Positions 22,514 through 32,051 of a stretch of DNA of 64,000 bases are shown one piece after another. The notes under the pieces were generated by a model. It saw only the letters and a program-made list of their open reading frames with translations. It did not search any database and had not been told where the DNA came from. A program made the position numbers and the translations under genes. Each line of letters opens with the position of its first letter. Position 1 is the stretch's first letter. The stretch is from Candidatus Bathyarchaeota archaeon (GTDB lineage: Archaea > Thermoproteota > Bathyarchaeia > TCS64), in the NCBI GenBank assembly GCA_018396695.1, contig JAGTQU010000001.1, positions 117 through 64,116 on the forward strand, in the 5' to 3' direction.

Positions 22514-22571
22514 CGAGCATAATTTCGTTTTAATGCCAATTTATTTATATATTAAGAAATAATTATGCTCG
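22514..22571. promoter_or_regulatory. 11-bp perfect inverted repeat (CGAGCATAATT / AATTATGCTCG) bracketing an A/T-rich TATA-like box; candidate operator in the nurA / wHTH-array divergent promoter region
   Basis: Arms at 22514-22524 and 22561-22571; TTATTTATATATT at 22541-22553. Confidence 0.5.
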
Positions 22572-22645
22572 ATAAAGTTTAGAAGTGTTTTTCAAAAGTC
22601 TTAATGCAAAAGGTAAAGTTAATAAGAAGTTTGTAAAAATAATTT

Positions 22646-22897
22646 TTGAAAATGAGCAGTGAACGTTCTTTAAGAGACTCTGTTCTAAGATCGTTTCTAG
22701 AAAATCCTGATCTAAGTCTCATGGAGATGACAGAAAGATTAGGAGCAAAATATAACTCTGTTAAAGCTGTTTTCGCTCAGCTCAGCGAGGATGGTTTACT
22801 TATTAGAGAGGGGCGAGGCAACTACTCTCCCAATCTTCCCAAGATTATTCTTTCTCTCATGGATCGGATAGAAACTTTAGAGAAAGAGAGAAAATAA
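22646..22897 (+). CDS. small winged-helix transcription regulator (array member 1)
   Basis: 83 aa; helix-turn-helix plus wing (LMEMTERLGAKYNSVKAVFAQLSEDGLLIREGRGNY). Confidence 0.6.
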   Translation: MKMSSERSLRDSVLRSFLENPDLSLMEMTERLGAKYNSVKAVFAQLSEDGLLIREGRGNYSPNLPKIILSLMDRIETLEKERK

Positions 22898-22913
22898 GAG
22901 GTGTTATTAGCGT

Positions 22914-23186
22914 TTGGAAACTCTTTTAGATAAAGCGATATCGGATTTTTCAGTAGATACAAATGTGTTCAAAGTTTTAATCTACCTCTCTTTTAAAGGG
23001 AGTAGCTCCCCTTCTCAAATATCAGGTGAAACCGGAATATCTTCAGGAACTGTCCGCCCCGCTCTTAGAACTCTCCTCTCTAAAGGTTATGTCTTTCAAT
23101 TAGAAGATGGAACATATAAGTCGAAGATACCCTTCATCGACATCATCTCCGATCTTTACCAAAGAAATCTTAATAAAAAGGCCTGA
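22914..23186 (+). CDS. small winged-helix transcription regulator (array member 2)
   Basis: 90 aa; FKVLIYLSF...PSQISGETGISSGTVRPALRTLLSKGYV, paralogous to member 4. Confidence 0.6.
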   Translation: METLLDKAISDFSVDTNVFKVLIYLSFKGSSSPSQISGETGISSGTVRPALRTLLSKGYVFQLEDGTYKSKIPFIDIISDLYQRNLNKKA

Positions 23187-23193
23187 GAGGCCA

Positions 23194-23460
23194 ATGAAAT
23201 TGGCGGATTCATACGAGCTTGAGGGGTTGAAAAGGGCTGAAACTCAACGAATGGTTCTTCTCTGTTTAGTTGAACATGGAGAGCAGATGTCATCAGTCGA
23301 AATCGCTGAGAAGCTTTCCCTAAGCCTCAACGCTGTAAATATTGCTCTCTTTAACCTAAACAATAAAGGACTGGTTGAAAGGATATCCCGAGGAGTCTAC
23401 AAATATAAATTGGGACCTATTATAGCACCTCTTCTTAAAGAGTATTTTGAGAGGAATTAA
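23194..23460 (+). CDS. small winged-helix transcription regulator (array member 3)
   Basis: Start placed at ATG 23194 (MKLADSYELEG...) to avoid overlap; MVLLCLVEHGEQMSSVEIAEKLSLSLNAVNIALFNLNNKGLVERI. Confidence 0.55.
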   Translation: MKLADSYELEGLKRAETQRMVLLCLVEHGEQMSSVEIAEKLSLSLNAVNIALFNLNNKGLVERISRGVYKYKLGPIIAPLLKEYFERN

Positions 23461-23462
23461 GA

Positions 23463-23735
23463 TTGGAAACGCGTTTAAAGAAACTTGACGAGATTGGTCT
23501 CGAGACCTCTGCTTTCAAAGTATTATGTCTCCTTTCGTTCAATAATAGACCACTTAAGCCTCTAGAAATAGCTGAATGGATCTCTGAAAAACCTTCCACA
23601 GTAAGAGCTCGCCTCTCAGAGCTGAAAGAGTATGATCTAGTCTTATCAACCCCTGAAGGTTATTTATCGAGGCTGAACCAATATGACATGCTCATGAAGC
23701 TTTATAGAGAATTAAAGAAAGAGTTGTGTAGCTGA
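23463..23735 (+). CDS. small winged-helix transcription regulator (array member 4)
   Basis: 90 aa; FKVLCLLSFNNRPLKPLEIAEWISEKPSTVRARLSELKEYDLV. Confidence 0.6.
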   Translation: METRLKKLDEIGLETSAFKVLCLLSFNNRPLKPLEIAEWISEKPSTVRARLSELKEYDLVLSTPEGYLSRLNQYDMLMKLYRELKKELCS

Positions 23736-23736
23736 G

Positions 23737-24078
23737 TTGTCTGAAAAGGATATTAAACTGATGAATGCTAGAAAAGAGGCGTTGCTTAATTTAAGGAAGG
23801 CTCCTAGCCAGTTTAGCATCCTGTTCCATCTACTTAGTACAGGTAAAACACTCACAATAAAAGAACTCTCAAAAGATCTTGATTTGACTCCAAAAGCTGC
23901 TGAAAGGGCTGTATCGAAGCTTTTCGAGAAGGGGCTTATTCAACGCAATCTGTTCAGAGAGGGAGCATACTCTTGCGACTCGAAGCAGATACTCCTCACA
24001 TTATTTTTAGCTATCAGTGACTTGCAGGAGCTATTAGAGACCCAGTCTAAGAGTTCAAAGAAGACTGCTTCTTCTTGA
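23737..24078 (+). CDS. small winged-helix transcription regulator (array member 5)
   Basis: 113 aa; FSILFHLLSTGKTLTIKELSKDLDLTPKAAERAVSKLFEKGLI. Confidence 0.55.
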   Translation: MSEKDIKLMNARKEALLNLRKAPSQFSILFHLLSTGKTLTIKELSKDLDLTPKAAERAVSKLFEKGLIQRNLFREGAYSCDSKQILLTLFLAISDLQELLETQSKSSKKTASS

Positions 24079-24532
24079 GCTGAGGAATTACCTCCTCTTC
24101 GATCCACTTGATTCCTCTAGATGAAAGCCTGTAGAAAAATCCTTTTTCCAAGGGTTTAAAGATATACCCCCGCTTCCTCATCTCATGTAACCTTGCGGGG
24201 ACAGTGACCTCCTTTCCGCTTATCGTCAGTCTCTTTTTAATCTCCCTCGAGGTCGCCTGATAATCCTTAGAGCAATAGAGTATGAGGCCTATTGCTTCGT
24301 AATGCGACATATTTTTCTTTGCAACTATAATCGGTCCATCACGATCGATCTCGACGATCCCCTTTAAATTATCGTTCTCTTCTTTCCTTAACAGATTTGC
24401 CAAACATTCATTTACTTCTGAGACGAATTCCTGGTCGATGGAGTTTAAAGCTTCCAAGATCTCTTGTTTACTCGTCCCACAAACGGTAAGATCTCCGAAA
24501 GGGAGCTTTAAATGGACCCTTAACTCTTTCAA
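24047..24532 (-). CDS. two-domain protein: unknown N-terminal domain + C-terminal winged-helix
   Basis: 161 aa; C-terminal EAIGLILYCSKDYQATSREIKKRLTISGKEVTVPARLHEMRKRGYI; paralogous to next gene. Confidence 0.5.
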   Translation of the reverse strand: MKELRVHLKLPFGDLTVCGTSKQEILEALNSIDQEFVSEVNECLANLLRKEENDNLKGIVEIDRDGPIIVAKKNMSHYEAIGLILYCSKDYQATSREIKKRLTISGKEVTVPARLHEMRKRGYIFKPLEKGFFYRLSSRGIKWIEEEVIPQLKKKQSSLNS

Positions 24533-24972
24533 GTATTTACCCCCCCATCATATAATGTATATACATAACCCTTCTTTTTGTCTCTCCAGCGTCTCAGTTT
24601 GTTCTTCTTCACGAGCCAGACCAAGACTCCCGAGAGAGTTGTTCTAGGAAAGAATATCGCATTCGCTTCCATTGCTTCTCTGATTTCGGCTATAGTCCTC
24701 GGGGTCTTTCCCCAATTAGTTGCTAGAAGAGATGTTATAGCATCACTGCATTGTGAAGTTCTTGCAATCTTTGGAAAGGCCTGGGAATTCAAGTGTGAAT
24801 TAGGTTTCTCTTCTTTTTTAGCTTCATAGTTGAATGCTTTAGAAAATTTTTCTACGATCTCATTGAGATTTTCTAGAGTTGCTAGCACTTCTTCCCGATC
24901 TCCACCTATTTCAATCTCTTTATCCCCTATTCGAACACGTAGGCTGAAGGAAGGATGGCTCAAGGCTTCCAC
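24529..24972 (-). CDS. two-domain protein: unknown N-terminal domain + C-terminal winged-helix (paralog of 24047-24532)
   Basis: 147 aa; N-terminal RVRIGDKEIEIGGDREEVLATLENL parallels LKLPFGDLTVCGTSKQEILEALNSI of neighbour. Confidence 0.5.
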   Translation of the reverse strand: MEALSHPSFSLRVRIGDKEIEIGGDREEVLATLENLNEIVEKFSKAFNYEAKKEEKPNSHLNSQAFPKIARTSQCSDAITSLLATNWGKTPRTIAEIREAMEANAIFFPRTTLSGVLVWLVKKNKLRRWRDKKKGYVYTLYDGGVNT

Positions 24973-25016
24973 ATTTAAACTTTGATTCTGATTATACTGT
25001 TTTAAGATTTTAATTC

Positions 25017-26924
25017 TTACTCTTTTCTATCTTTAATAAATGTGGTAATGGCGCTTTTAAGTTGATTTCGAATCTCATCTGGAGATACCTTACCTCTGAG
25101 TTCCTTCATTAGAATTCCTATGAGAGGGCCAAGCGCCTTCTCCCCAAGTTTTTCCAACATCATCTTATTTTCTGATATCTTTAGCTCGACGATGCGCCTC
25201 AACTCTTCTCGAGAGATCGTCTCAAGATTTAGCGCTTTCAAAGCTTCCAAGGGAGATGCTTCACTGTTGTTTGAAAGCCATTTTAATGTTTCATAGATGG
25301 CTTCTTTATACATTCTACCTTCTCCAATTAACCTGAAAATCTCAAAAAGATTCTTTTCAGTTATATTCTCTACGACGCACCCTTCTCTCGCGATGCTTTT
25401 CAAGGTTTCGGTTAGGGTCACCACCACAAGCGTGGGGGATACATTCATCTCTTTAACTATCTTCTCGAAAAGTTCTTGAAAGTCGGATTCTAGAATCTGT
25501 TTCGCGAGTTTTTCATTCAACGTATACTCCTTCATTAACTTCTTCAACTTCTCCTCAGGAGGCTCTGGTATCAGTCTTCTCAAGGATTCTAACCTTTGAG
25601 AAGTGATAGGAATAGATATTACATCAGTTTCAGGATACATTCTCGCTGCCCCTGGTCTTGGACGAGTAAAGAATGTTGTTCCATCCTCGTTTGCAGCTCT
25701 CGTTTCAGCTGGCACTCCCTGTAAAGCTTCTTTAGCCCTCTTCAAGACTGCTGATAAAGCGTTCCTACACTCGTCAGCTTCACCTGCCACTATCACAACT
25801 GCATCATTTTCAGATGCCTTAACTTCGTCTTTGAGCGACCTAACTTCCTCCTCCAAGATATCGTATCCAGGTAGTTCATCGGTATGGAATATCCCTTTCA
25901 CCCCCCCGTAGAAACGTGCTCTGTCTGCCATCTCCGTGCCGAGTCTTCTCTTCGGGTAGAGTTCTCTTCCAATTAGACCGCTAAATCCTGGAAGCTTGAG
26001 AGCGTAAACCCTCTGATTCTTCGCAGTAGCACTTTTAATTATTTTGGATTTTGTGTTTCTGAATAGCTCTGTAACGTCGATGAATTCTTCTTGAAGATCG
26101 CTGTCTTTTATATTTCGTTTTTGTAGTTCTGAGGATATCTCAATGAGATTCAACTGTCTAAGGGTTTCATATTCTACAACTTTGGATATCAACTCGAGTT
26201 TCTGAACTCCTTTGATCTCGATAACTGCTCCTCCTGCAACCGAGATGTTAAGATCTTGGCGTATAGTGCCTAATCCTCTTCGCACTCTTCCAGTAGATCT
26301 TAGGATGCGACCGATGGCAAAAGCAACTTCCTGTGCCTCCTTTGGATCATGTATGTTTGGAGCCGTACTTATCTCGATTAAAGGTATGCCGAGCCTATCT
26401 ATTCTGAAACGGGTTGCTGAAGCATCATCACCTATTTTTCTTGCAGCGTCTTCCTCTAAACAGATCTGTTCCAATTCATAAGTTTTTTCGCCAGATTTGA
26501 TTGAGCCTCCTAGAGATACAACGCATGTTCTTTGGAATCCTGTGGTATTTGATCCGTCAACTACAATCTTTCTCATAACATGAACCTCATCTACAGGATT
26601 TGAGTCTGTCATCAAAGCGACTATCAAGCTAGTGTCTAATGCTTCTTCATTCAATTTATGGGGGGGCTCTTCATCCATCTCGACGAGACATGATGTTTCA
26701 CAATCTCCTTCATAGATGATCATTTTACCTTGCAGAAACTCAAAGAGGGCTGCGGGGTCGATTTCCCCAAGTTCACTCTGGCTCGGTCTGAGGAGACGAG
26801 TGAATATGAACTCTGGAGGACCCTTAAAAAGTTTCGGAGGGCATGAACAGAATAGCTTATGGGAGGTTTCAAGCTCCTGGTGGATCTCAAGTCCTACCTT
26901 TAGACCAATCTTCGCGTATTCCAT
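25017..26924 (-). CDS. gatE: Glu-tRNA(Gln) amidotransferase subunit E
   Basis: 635 aa; GatB/E-type N-terminus KIGLKVGLEIHQELETSHKLFCSCPP; follows gatD. Confidence 0.85.
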   Translation of the reverse strand: MEYAKIGLKVGLEIHQELETSHKLFCSCPPKLFKGPPEFIFTRLLRPSQSELGEIDPAALFEFLQGKMIIYEGDCETSCLVEMDEEPPHKLNEEALDTSLIVALMTDSNPVDEVHVMRKIVVDGSNTTGFQRTCVVSLGGSIKSGEKTYELEQICLEEDAARKIGDDASATRFRIDRLGIPLIEISTAPNIHDPKEAQEVAFAIGRILRSTGRVRRGLGTIRQDLNISVAGGAVIEIKGVQKLELISKVVEYETLRQLNLIEISSELQKRNIKDSDLQEEFIDVTELFRNTKSKIIKSATAKNQRVYALKLPGFSGLIGRELYPKRRLGTEMADRARFYGGVKGIFHTDELPGYDILEEEVRSLKDEVKASENDAVVIVAGEADECRNALSAVLKRAKEALQGVPAETRAANEDGTTFFTRPRPGAARMYPETDVISIPITSQRLESLRRLIPEPPEEKLKKLMKEYTLNEKLAKQILESDFQELFEKIVKEMNVSPTLVVVTLTETLKSIAREGCVVENITEKNLFEIFRLIGEGRMYKEAIYETLKWLSNNSEASPLEALKALNLETISREELRRIVELKISENKMMLEKLGEKALGPLIGILMKELRGKVSPDEIRNQLKSAITTFIKDRKE

Positions 26925-26928
26925 AACT

Positions 26929-28257
26929 TCACTTCCAGGTATATAATGTCCTATGCGAAAATTCTCCAGCTAAGTTGGTTGCCATCAGTTTTAACGCCTC
27001 TTCCCTGCTGTTCGATTGGCTTAAAGCCCATGTCAACTTGACAAATGCAGTCTCCGTAAGCATATCTTCCAAAGGAGTAACACCGAGATTAATAAGCTCT
27101 CTTCCAGTAGAGTATACATTCATGTTTATGCGTCCCCATATGCATTGAGAAGTCATACATATGATTAAACCTTCATGGATTGCCCTCTCGATGGATTTGT
27201 AGCATTTAGAGCTTACATGCCCTAGGCCTGTCCCTTCAAGGATAATCCCCTTATAGCCTTCGTCGACAGCCCAATCTATGATTTCAGGGTTGAACCCTGG
27301 GTGGAATTTCAGAAGTGCAACTCTTTCATTGAATTTATCTCTGAGAATTAGTTCTCTCCCGCCTCTATGTCGAAAATTCTTCTCGATCATCTCGATCCGT
27401 CTATCTCTAAATCTAGCCAACGGTTTAGAATTGACTGACTGGAAAGCATATCTGCTGCTTGTATGGCACTTCCTGACCTTGGTGCCTCTATGAAATACGA
27501 TGCTATCATCGGAAGATGTCTCGTGCATCGCTAAGACAACTTCAGCAAAAGGAGCTTGAGCAGCAGCTGATACCGCCGCTATTAGATTCGAAGCAGCATC
27601 AGAGCTTGGTCTATCGGAACTCCTTTGAGACCCCACGAATATAACTGGAACAGGCAAGCTTGACAATGCGAAGCTGAGCGCTGCAGCTGAGTAACCCATT
27701 GTGTCAGTTCCATGCGTTATAACTATCCCTTCGAAACCAGATTTTATCTTATCCGCAACTCTCTTAGCCATCATGGACCAGTCTTTAGGCTCAATGTTCT
27801 CACTGAAGACGCTGAAGAGGATGTCTCCTTCCACTTTAGCTATTTCAGACAGTTCTGGAACGATGCTTAAGAGGTCTCTGGAGGAGATTGCTGCGTGGAC
27901 TCCTCCGGTTGCATAATCGACGCGACTTGCTATCGTCCCTCCCGTACTTATAATACTGATTTCAGGCAGGTCTGAGCTGCTTTCAGGCAGAGGTGGAGGC
28001 TTGAACGTGGGTTTCTTAGCTTCTTTGAGGCGAACTATCTTCATATCCTCTTCGAATGCTATACCAACATTGTAACCTGTCTTAAGCTTGATAACTATAT
28101 GGAATTCGTCGGCGCTTTCAAGCCTTGGCATGAGAATGCCTTCATAGGATTTCTCCCCATACTCAACTTTTATCAGATCTCCGATGCCGATCTTCTCTGA
28201 CCCTAGTTTTTCTCTAAGACGCCCCCTATATCCTCTAAGCACGTCTTCATTCATCAT
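26929..28257 (-). CDS. gatD: Glu-tRNA(Gln) amidotransferase subunit D (asparaginase-like)
   Basis: 442 aa; asparaginase signature ISTGGTIASRVDYATGGV, HGTDTM. Confidence 0.85.
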   Translation of the reverse strand: MMNEDVLRGYRGRLREKLGSEKIGIGDLIKVEYGEKSYEGILMPRLESADEFHIVIKLKTGYNVGIAFEEDMKIVRLKEAKKPTFKPPPLPESSSDLPEISIISTGGTIASRVDYATGGVHAAISSRDLLSIVPELSEIAKVEGDILFSVFSENIEPKDWSMMAKRVADKIKSGFEGIVITHGTDTMGYSAAALSFALSSLPVPVIFVGSQRSSDRPSSDAASNLIAAVSAAAQAPFAEVVLAMHETSSDDSIVFHRGTKVRKCHTSSRYAFQSVNSKPLARFRDRRIEMIEKNFRHRGGRELILRDKFNERVALLKFHPGFNPEIIDWAVDEGYKGIILEGTGLGHVSSKCYKSIERAIHEGLIICMTSQCIWGRINMNVYSTGRELINLGVTPLEDMLTETAFVKLTWALSQSNSREEALKLMATNLAGEFSHRTLYTWK

Positions 28258-28307
28258 AGATCTATTGTCATATTAGATTGATCTTATATTTACCCCTGTT
28301 TGATCAG

Positions 28308-28613
28308 CTACATCATTTTATAATACACGTTCTTCTCAAGCCTATACTCACTAAAGTCGAATAGAGCGTTGAACTCTTCAGACACTGGATAGATTCGTTC
28401 ATCTTTCGCCACAGCGGATATAACCTCTTGATAATGCTGCTTATCTTTAAACTTGTAGATCTCCATCCAGCATTGTGAATCCGAGGCGTCACGATATACT
28501 TCAACCTCTAGACATCCATGTTCCAGATATACTTGAGTAGTCAGTTTCTGCAAGAAGATGTACCGCCTAGTTTTTTCTAAAGGGACCTGATAGCGCAGAA
28601 CGACTATGAACAA
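28308..28613 (-). CDS. hypothetical small protein
   Basis: 101 aa ORF upstream of elp3; no motif. Confidence 0.35.
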   Translation of the reverse strand: MFIVVLRYQVPLEKTRRYIFLQKLTTQVYLEHGCLEVEVYRDASDSQCWMEIYKFKDKQHYQEVISAVAKDERIYPVSEEFNALFDFSEYRLEKNVYYKMM

Positions 28614-28646
28614 TCTCTCACCCTCTTCTTAATCAATTCAGGAATA

Positions 28647-30242
28647 TTACGAACTTCCTGAAAAGAGTTTGGACATGTAAACCCCATCTTCATAGTAGCC
28701 AAGCCTTCTATAATATTGCTTGGTTCCTAGGGCACTTAAAATAGAGAGTTTATTTGCATCATACTCTTCTCTAGCCAACTTCTCCACCTCTGATAATAGG
28801 ATCCTCCCCCATCCTTTATGCTGCCAGGCGTCTAAGCCTCTCAAGCCTACTGGAACCATTTTCCCGTAGATGTGGAGTTCTCTGACCACTGCTGCCTTAG
28901 GCTTTAGTTCAGGTCTATGAGCTTTCTCTGACGGGATTCGCATTCTTATGAATCCTATAAGAGTGCTCGTTGAAGGGTCTTCGATTGATATAAAGTTTTC
29001 AACACCATCTGAAGCCTCGTAAACTGTCTTCTTCACTTTAAGCTCTTCATCTTTTATCTCCGTATGAGTTTGCCTGTGACCAACCTCTCTACAGCGTATG
29101 CACTTACAAAATTCTCCTAACTCTTCAAGTCTTTTATGAACAAGCTCTCTTAGATTGCTCTTCTTCACCCCCGCTTCAATCAGATTTGCCGGTATATCTC
29201 TTTGAACCCTCATTATCCTGACCCAGGGAGGAGCCATAATCTTCACCCTGGCTACGAGTTCTACCGCTTCCTCAGTTGTCAGTGGCATATATTTTCCTGT
29301 TTTCCACCATTCATAGAGCTCAGTCCCCTTCAACACAAGGGTTGGGTAGATCTTCAGCATATCCGGTTTGAATCTAGGATCTGAAAAAATGGTTTTGAAC
29401 CCTTCTAGATCCCGTTCAACCGACGAGCCTGGCAGGCCTGGCATCATGTGAAAACAGATCTTCAATCCCGCATCTCTAAGGATCTTGTTGGTTTGAATCA
29501 CATCTTCAACAGCATGTTCTCTACGAGTAATCTTATAGATGTCATCGTAAACATTCTGAACGCCGAGCTCGACGCGTGTGACTCCAAGATTCAATAATTG
29601 ATCCACTTTTTTCTCATCCAATCCATCTGGACGGGTCTCTATGGTTAGACCTACATTTCTGATTTTAGAGGAGTAAGCGATTTTTTTTGCTTCCTCCAGC
29701 GAGGCTGAACCAATCCCGTTTAAAGCGTCTAAACATCTTTTAATGAACCAGTTCTGATATCTCCTCGGAAAAGCAAAAAAGGTCCCTCCCATGACTATCA
29801 ACTCGACTTTGTCAATAGAGTGTCCTATCGCATTCAATTGCCTTATACGGCTCGTAATCTGCCTGAAGGGATCATACCTGTTTTGAGCCCCCCTCATTGA
29901 GGCGGGTTCATGTCCAGTATAGCTCTGGGGGACGCTTTGATCAGGTCCTCCGGGACAATAGATGCATTTTCCGTGGGGGCATGGTCTAGGCTTAGTCATC
30001 ACAGCGATTACAGTTACCCCGCTCGATACTCTGCTATGTTTGCGGGTTAGCAGATTAGAAAGTCTATCCGACTCTCCTCTTTCTAGGCTTTCTAGGAGCT
30101 CAGAGTTATCGGGGATCGAATCTAAGCCTAATTCCCTCGAAACCTCTAATTTAATCTTCTCTAAAATATGATGATCGACTACAGGAAGCTCGAGGAGTTT
30201 ATTTATGATTATTCTCCGAGCTTTTTCTGAACTGGCTCCCAT
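28647..30242 (-). CDS. elp3: Elp3-family radical SAM + GNAT acetyltransferase (tRNA wobble uridine modification)
   Basis: 531 aa; radical-SAM Cys cluster CPHGKCIYCPGG; C-terminal GNAT (HKGWGRILL). Confidence 0.85.
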   Translation of the reverse strand: MGASSEKARRIIINKLLELPVVDHHILEKIKLEVSRELGLDSIPDNSELLESLERGESDRLSNLLTRKHSRVSSGVTVIAVMTKPRPCPHGKCIYCPGGPDQSVPQSYTGHEPASMRGAQNRYDPFRQITSRIRQLNAIGHSIDKVELIVMGGTFFAFPRRYQNWFIKRCLDALNGIGSASLEEAKKIAYSSKIRNVGLTIETRPDGLDEKKVDQLLNLGVTRVELGVQNVYDDIYKITRREHAVEDVIQTNKILRDAGLKICFHMMPGLPGSSVERDLEGFKTIFSDPRFKPDMLKIYPTLVLKGTELYEWWKTGKYMPLTTEEAVELVARVKIMAPPWVRIMRVQRDIPANLIEAGVKKSNLRELVHKRLEELGEFCKCIRCREVGHRQTHTEIKDEELKVKKTVYEASDGVENFISIEDPSTSTLIGFIRMRIPSEKAHRPELKPKAAVVRELHIYGKMVPVGLRGLDAWQHKGWGRILLSEVEKLAREEYDANKLSILSALGTKQYYRRLGYYEDGVYMSKLFSGSS

Positions 30243-30453
30243 ATGTAAATCTGTAGGCTACTCCTCGGCGAAGCGTTTAGTCTCAGCAGGAGCGTTTAGT
30301 ATTCTTTTCTGGAAATTTACCCAGTTTCTCCTCCGAGGAATAGGGCTAGTTTTCGGCGTCGCCTCTATTTTCGGGGTCTGAGCCCTTACTTTACCTGCCT
30401 TCGTTAAAGAACCATGTGTCGGCATAAACTCATCGTTTTCACATATCCCTTCC

Positions 30454-31200
30454 TCAATCTATAAACTTTTCTGAGTTAGATGGCGAGAATGGTGCGTCAT
30501 GACCCGGTATAACCAAGAATGGTTTGCATGATGCCACTTTCCTTAAACTCGCTACCGATACTTCAGGAGCAATATTCTTCGTGACTACTGAGGGAGGGCG
30601 GAACAGAAGATAGTCTTCTTTGACGATAGCAGCATCCCCTATGCAAGCGATCTTACCCTTATTCGTTTTCACAATAACCGAAATGCTTCCTGGAGTATGT
30701 CCCGGGGTCTCTATTACTGAAATATTCTCTGTAACTTCCACCGATCTTTCTATAGGCTTGAGATCGAGTATCCCTAGGAAGGCTTCTGCGAACTCAGGCC
30801 AATACAGGTTTCGACAGTACTCAATCTCTTTCTCATGGATGATTAGAGGTTTACCTTCGAAGAGATAATTTCCTTCAATATGATCGTAGTGGCAGTGAGT
30901 GTTAATGACGACATCGATGTCCTCAGTCTTCAAACCCAACTCGGCGAGCCTAGACTGGAATGCACCATACCTTCCAAGCTGGAGGATGCCTGGATCCACT
31001 AAAATATTCTTTCTATCATCTTTGATGAGGATAGTGTTTGTAGATCCCAGATTGAAGGTGAGATTTTTATAAACCTCACCTATTTCAGGCTCAGGCATCG
31101 GGGTTAAAGGCCATCTTATGCTCAGGATTGGGTGTCCATTGGTTACACCCATCTGCATATAAAAACAATGGAACAGGATATGAACTTCAGTTGACTCCAT
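30454..31200 (-). CDS. MBL-fold metallo-hydrolase
   Basis: HxHxDH motif INTHCHYDHIEG; start may be the internal Met. Confidence 0.7.
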   Translation of the reverse strand: MESTEVHILFHCFYMQMGVTNGHPILSIRWPLTPMPEPEIGEVYKNLTFNLGSTNTILIKDDRKNILVDPGILQLGRYGAFQSRLAELGLKTEDIDVVINTHCHYDHIEGNYLFEGKPLIIHEKEIEYCRNLYWPEFAEAFLGILDLKPIERSVEVTENISVIETPGHTPGSISVIVKTNKGKIACIGDAAIVKEDYLLFRPPSVVTKNIAPEVSVASLRKVASCKPFLVIPGHDAPFSPSNSEKFID

Positions 31201-31244
31201 GTATTATATGATATACTTTATCGAAAGATAACTTTAATGATGGT

Positions 31245-32051
31245 TTACTTCTCAACAGGTATCAATCTTCCCGAAGGATCCATTTTTTTAAAGCCGAGTT
31301 CGTTCATCACAGCCCTAAGGCTAATAGAATCGAATACAGGCCCATCCTTACAGACTCTAAATGGACCGATGCCGCAACTTCCACATAGACCAACAGCGCA
31401 CTTTACGTATCTTTCAAGACTAGCTTGAACGAATATGTTTCGCCTCTCTGCTTCTTTGAAAATTGAGACGATCATCTGTTCAGGACCACAGGTATATATT
31501 GAATCACATTTTTTCTCTAGAATTAGTCGACCAAGACATTCAGACGCGTATCCTTTAAACCCTAAAGATCCGTCATCAGTGGATATGATGAGATCATCTA
31601 AAATCTCTTGTAGCCGATCCTTGAATAAAAGCTGCTCAGCGTTTCTGGCCCCGAGGATGAAAGATGGTTTAATACCTGAGATCAGCATTTTCGAAGCTAG
31701 CGGGTATAATGCGGGTACGCCTGTTCCCCCTCCTACAAGTACTGGTTTGGAACCTTTTAAAGTAAACCCGTTACCGAATGGTCCCCTTACACCTATTTTT
31801 TCGCCAACCTTAGTTTCGCAGAGTATTCTTGTCGCTTCTCCCACTGATCGAACCGTGATCGATGATACGCCTTTCTGGTTAATCGTTGATAGACTCATAG
31901 GGATCTCATCCACCCCTGGTATCCAGACCATGATGAATTGTCCGGGAGAAGCCGATGAACAAAAGTTGTCTTTGAAATAGAGTGTAAAAACATCTTTGGC
32001 TTCTTGTTTGACTTCTTCCACCTTGACGACTCTGTGAACTTCACGTCTCAT
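31245..32051 (-). CDS. pyrK: dihydroorotate dehydrogenase electron-transfer subunit
   Basis: FAD/NAD ferredoxin-reductase fold; C-terminal 2Fe-2S Cys cluster CAVGLCGSCGIGPFRVC; first ATG at 32049-32051. Confidence 0.8.
   Translation of the reverse strand: MRREVHRVVKVEEVKQEAKDVFTLYFKDNFCSSASPGQFIMVWIPGVDEIPMSLSTINQKGVSSITVRSVGEATRILCETKVGEKIGVRGPFGNGFTLKGSKPVLVGGGTGVPALYPLASKMLISGIKPSFILGARNAEQLLFKDRLQEILDDLIISTDDGSLGFKGYASECLGRLILEKKCDSIYTCGPEQMIVSIFKEAERRNIFVQASLERYVKCAVGLCGSCGIGPFRVCKDGPVFDSISLRAVMNELGFKKMDPSGRLIPVEK

Noticed and set aside
30262-30300. Short direct repeat AGCGTTTAGT (30272-30281, 30291-30300) and a partial palindrome between elp3 and the MBL hydrolase gene
   Set aside because: It is too short and too low-information to separate from chance. 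It is not a CRISPR-like array.
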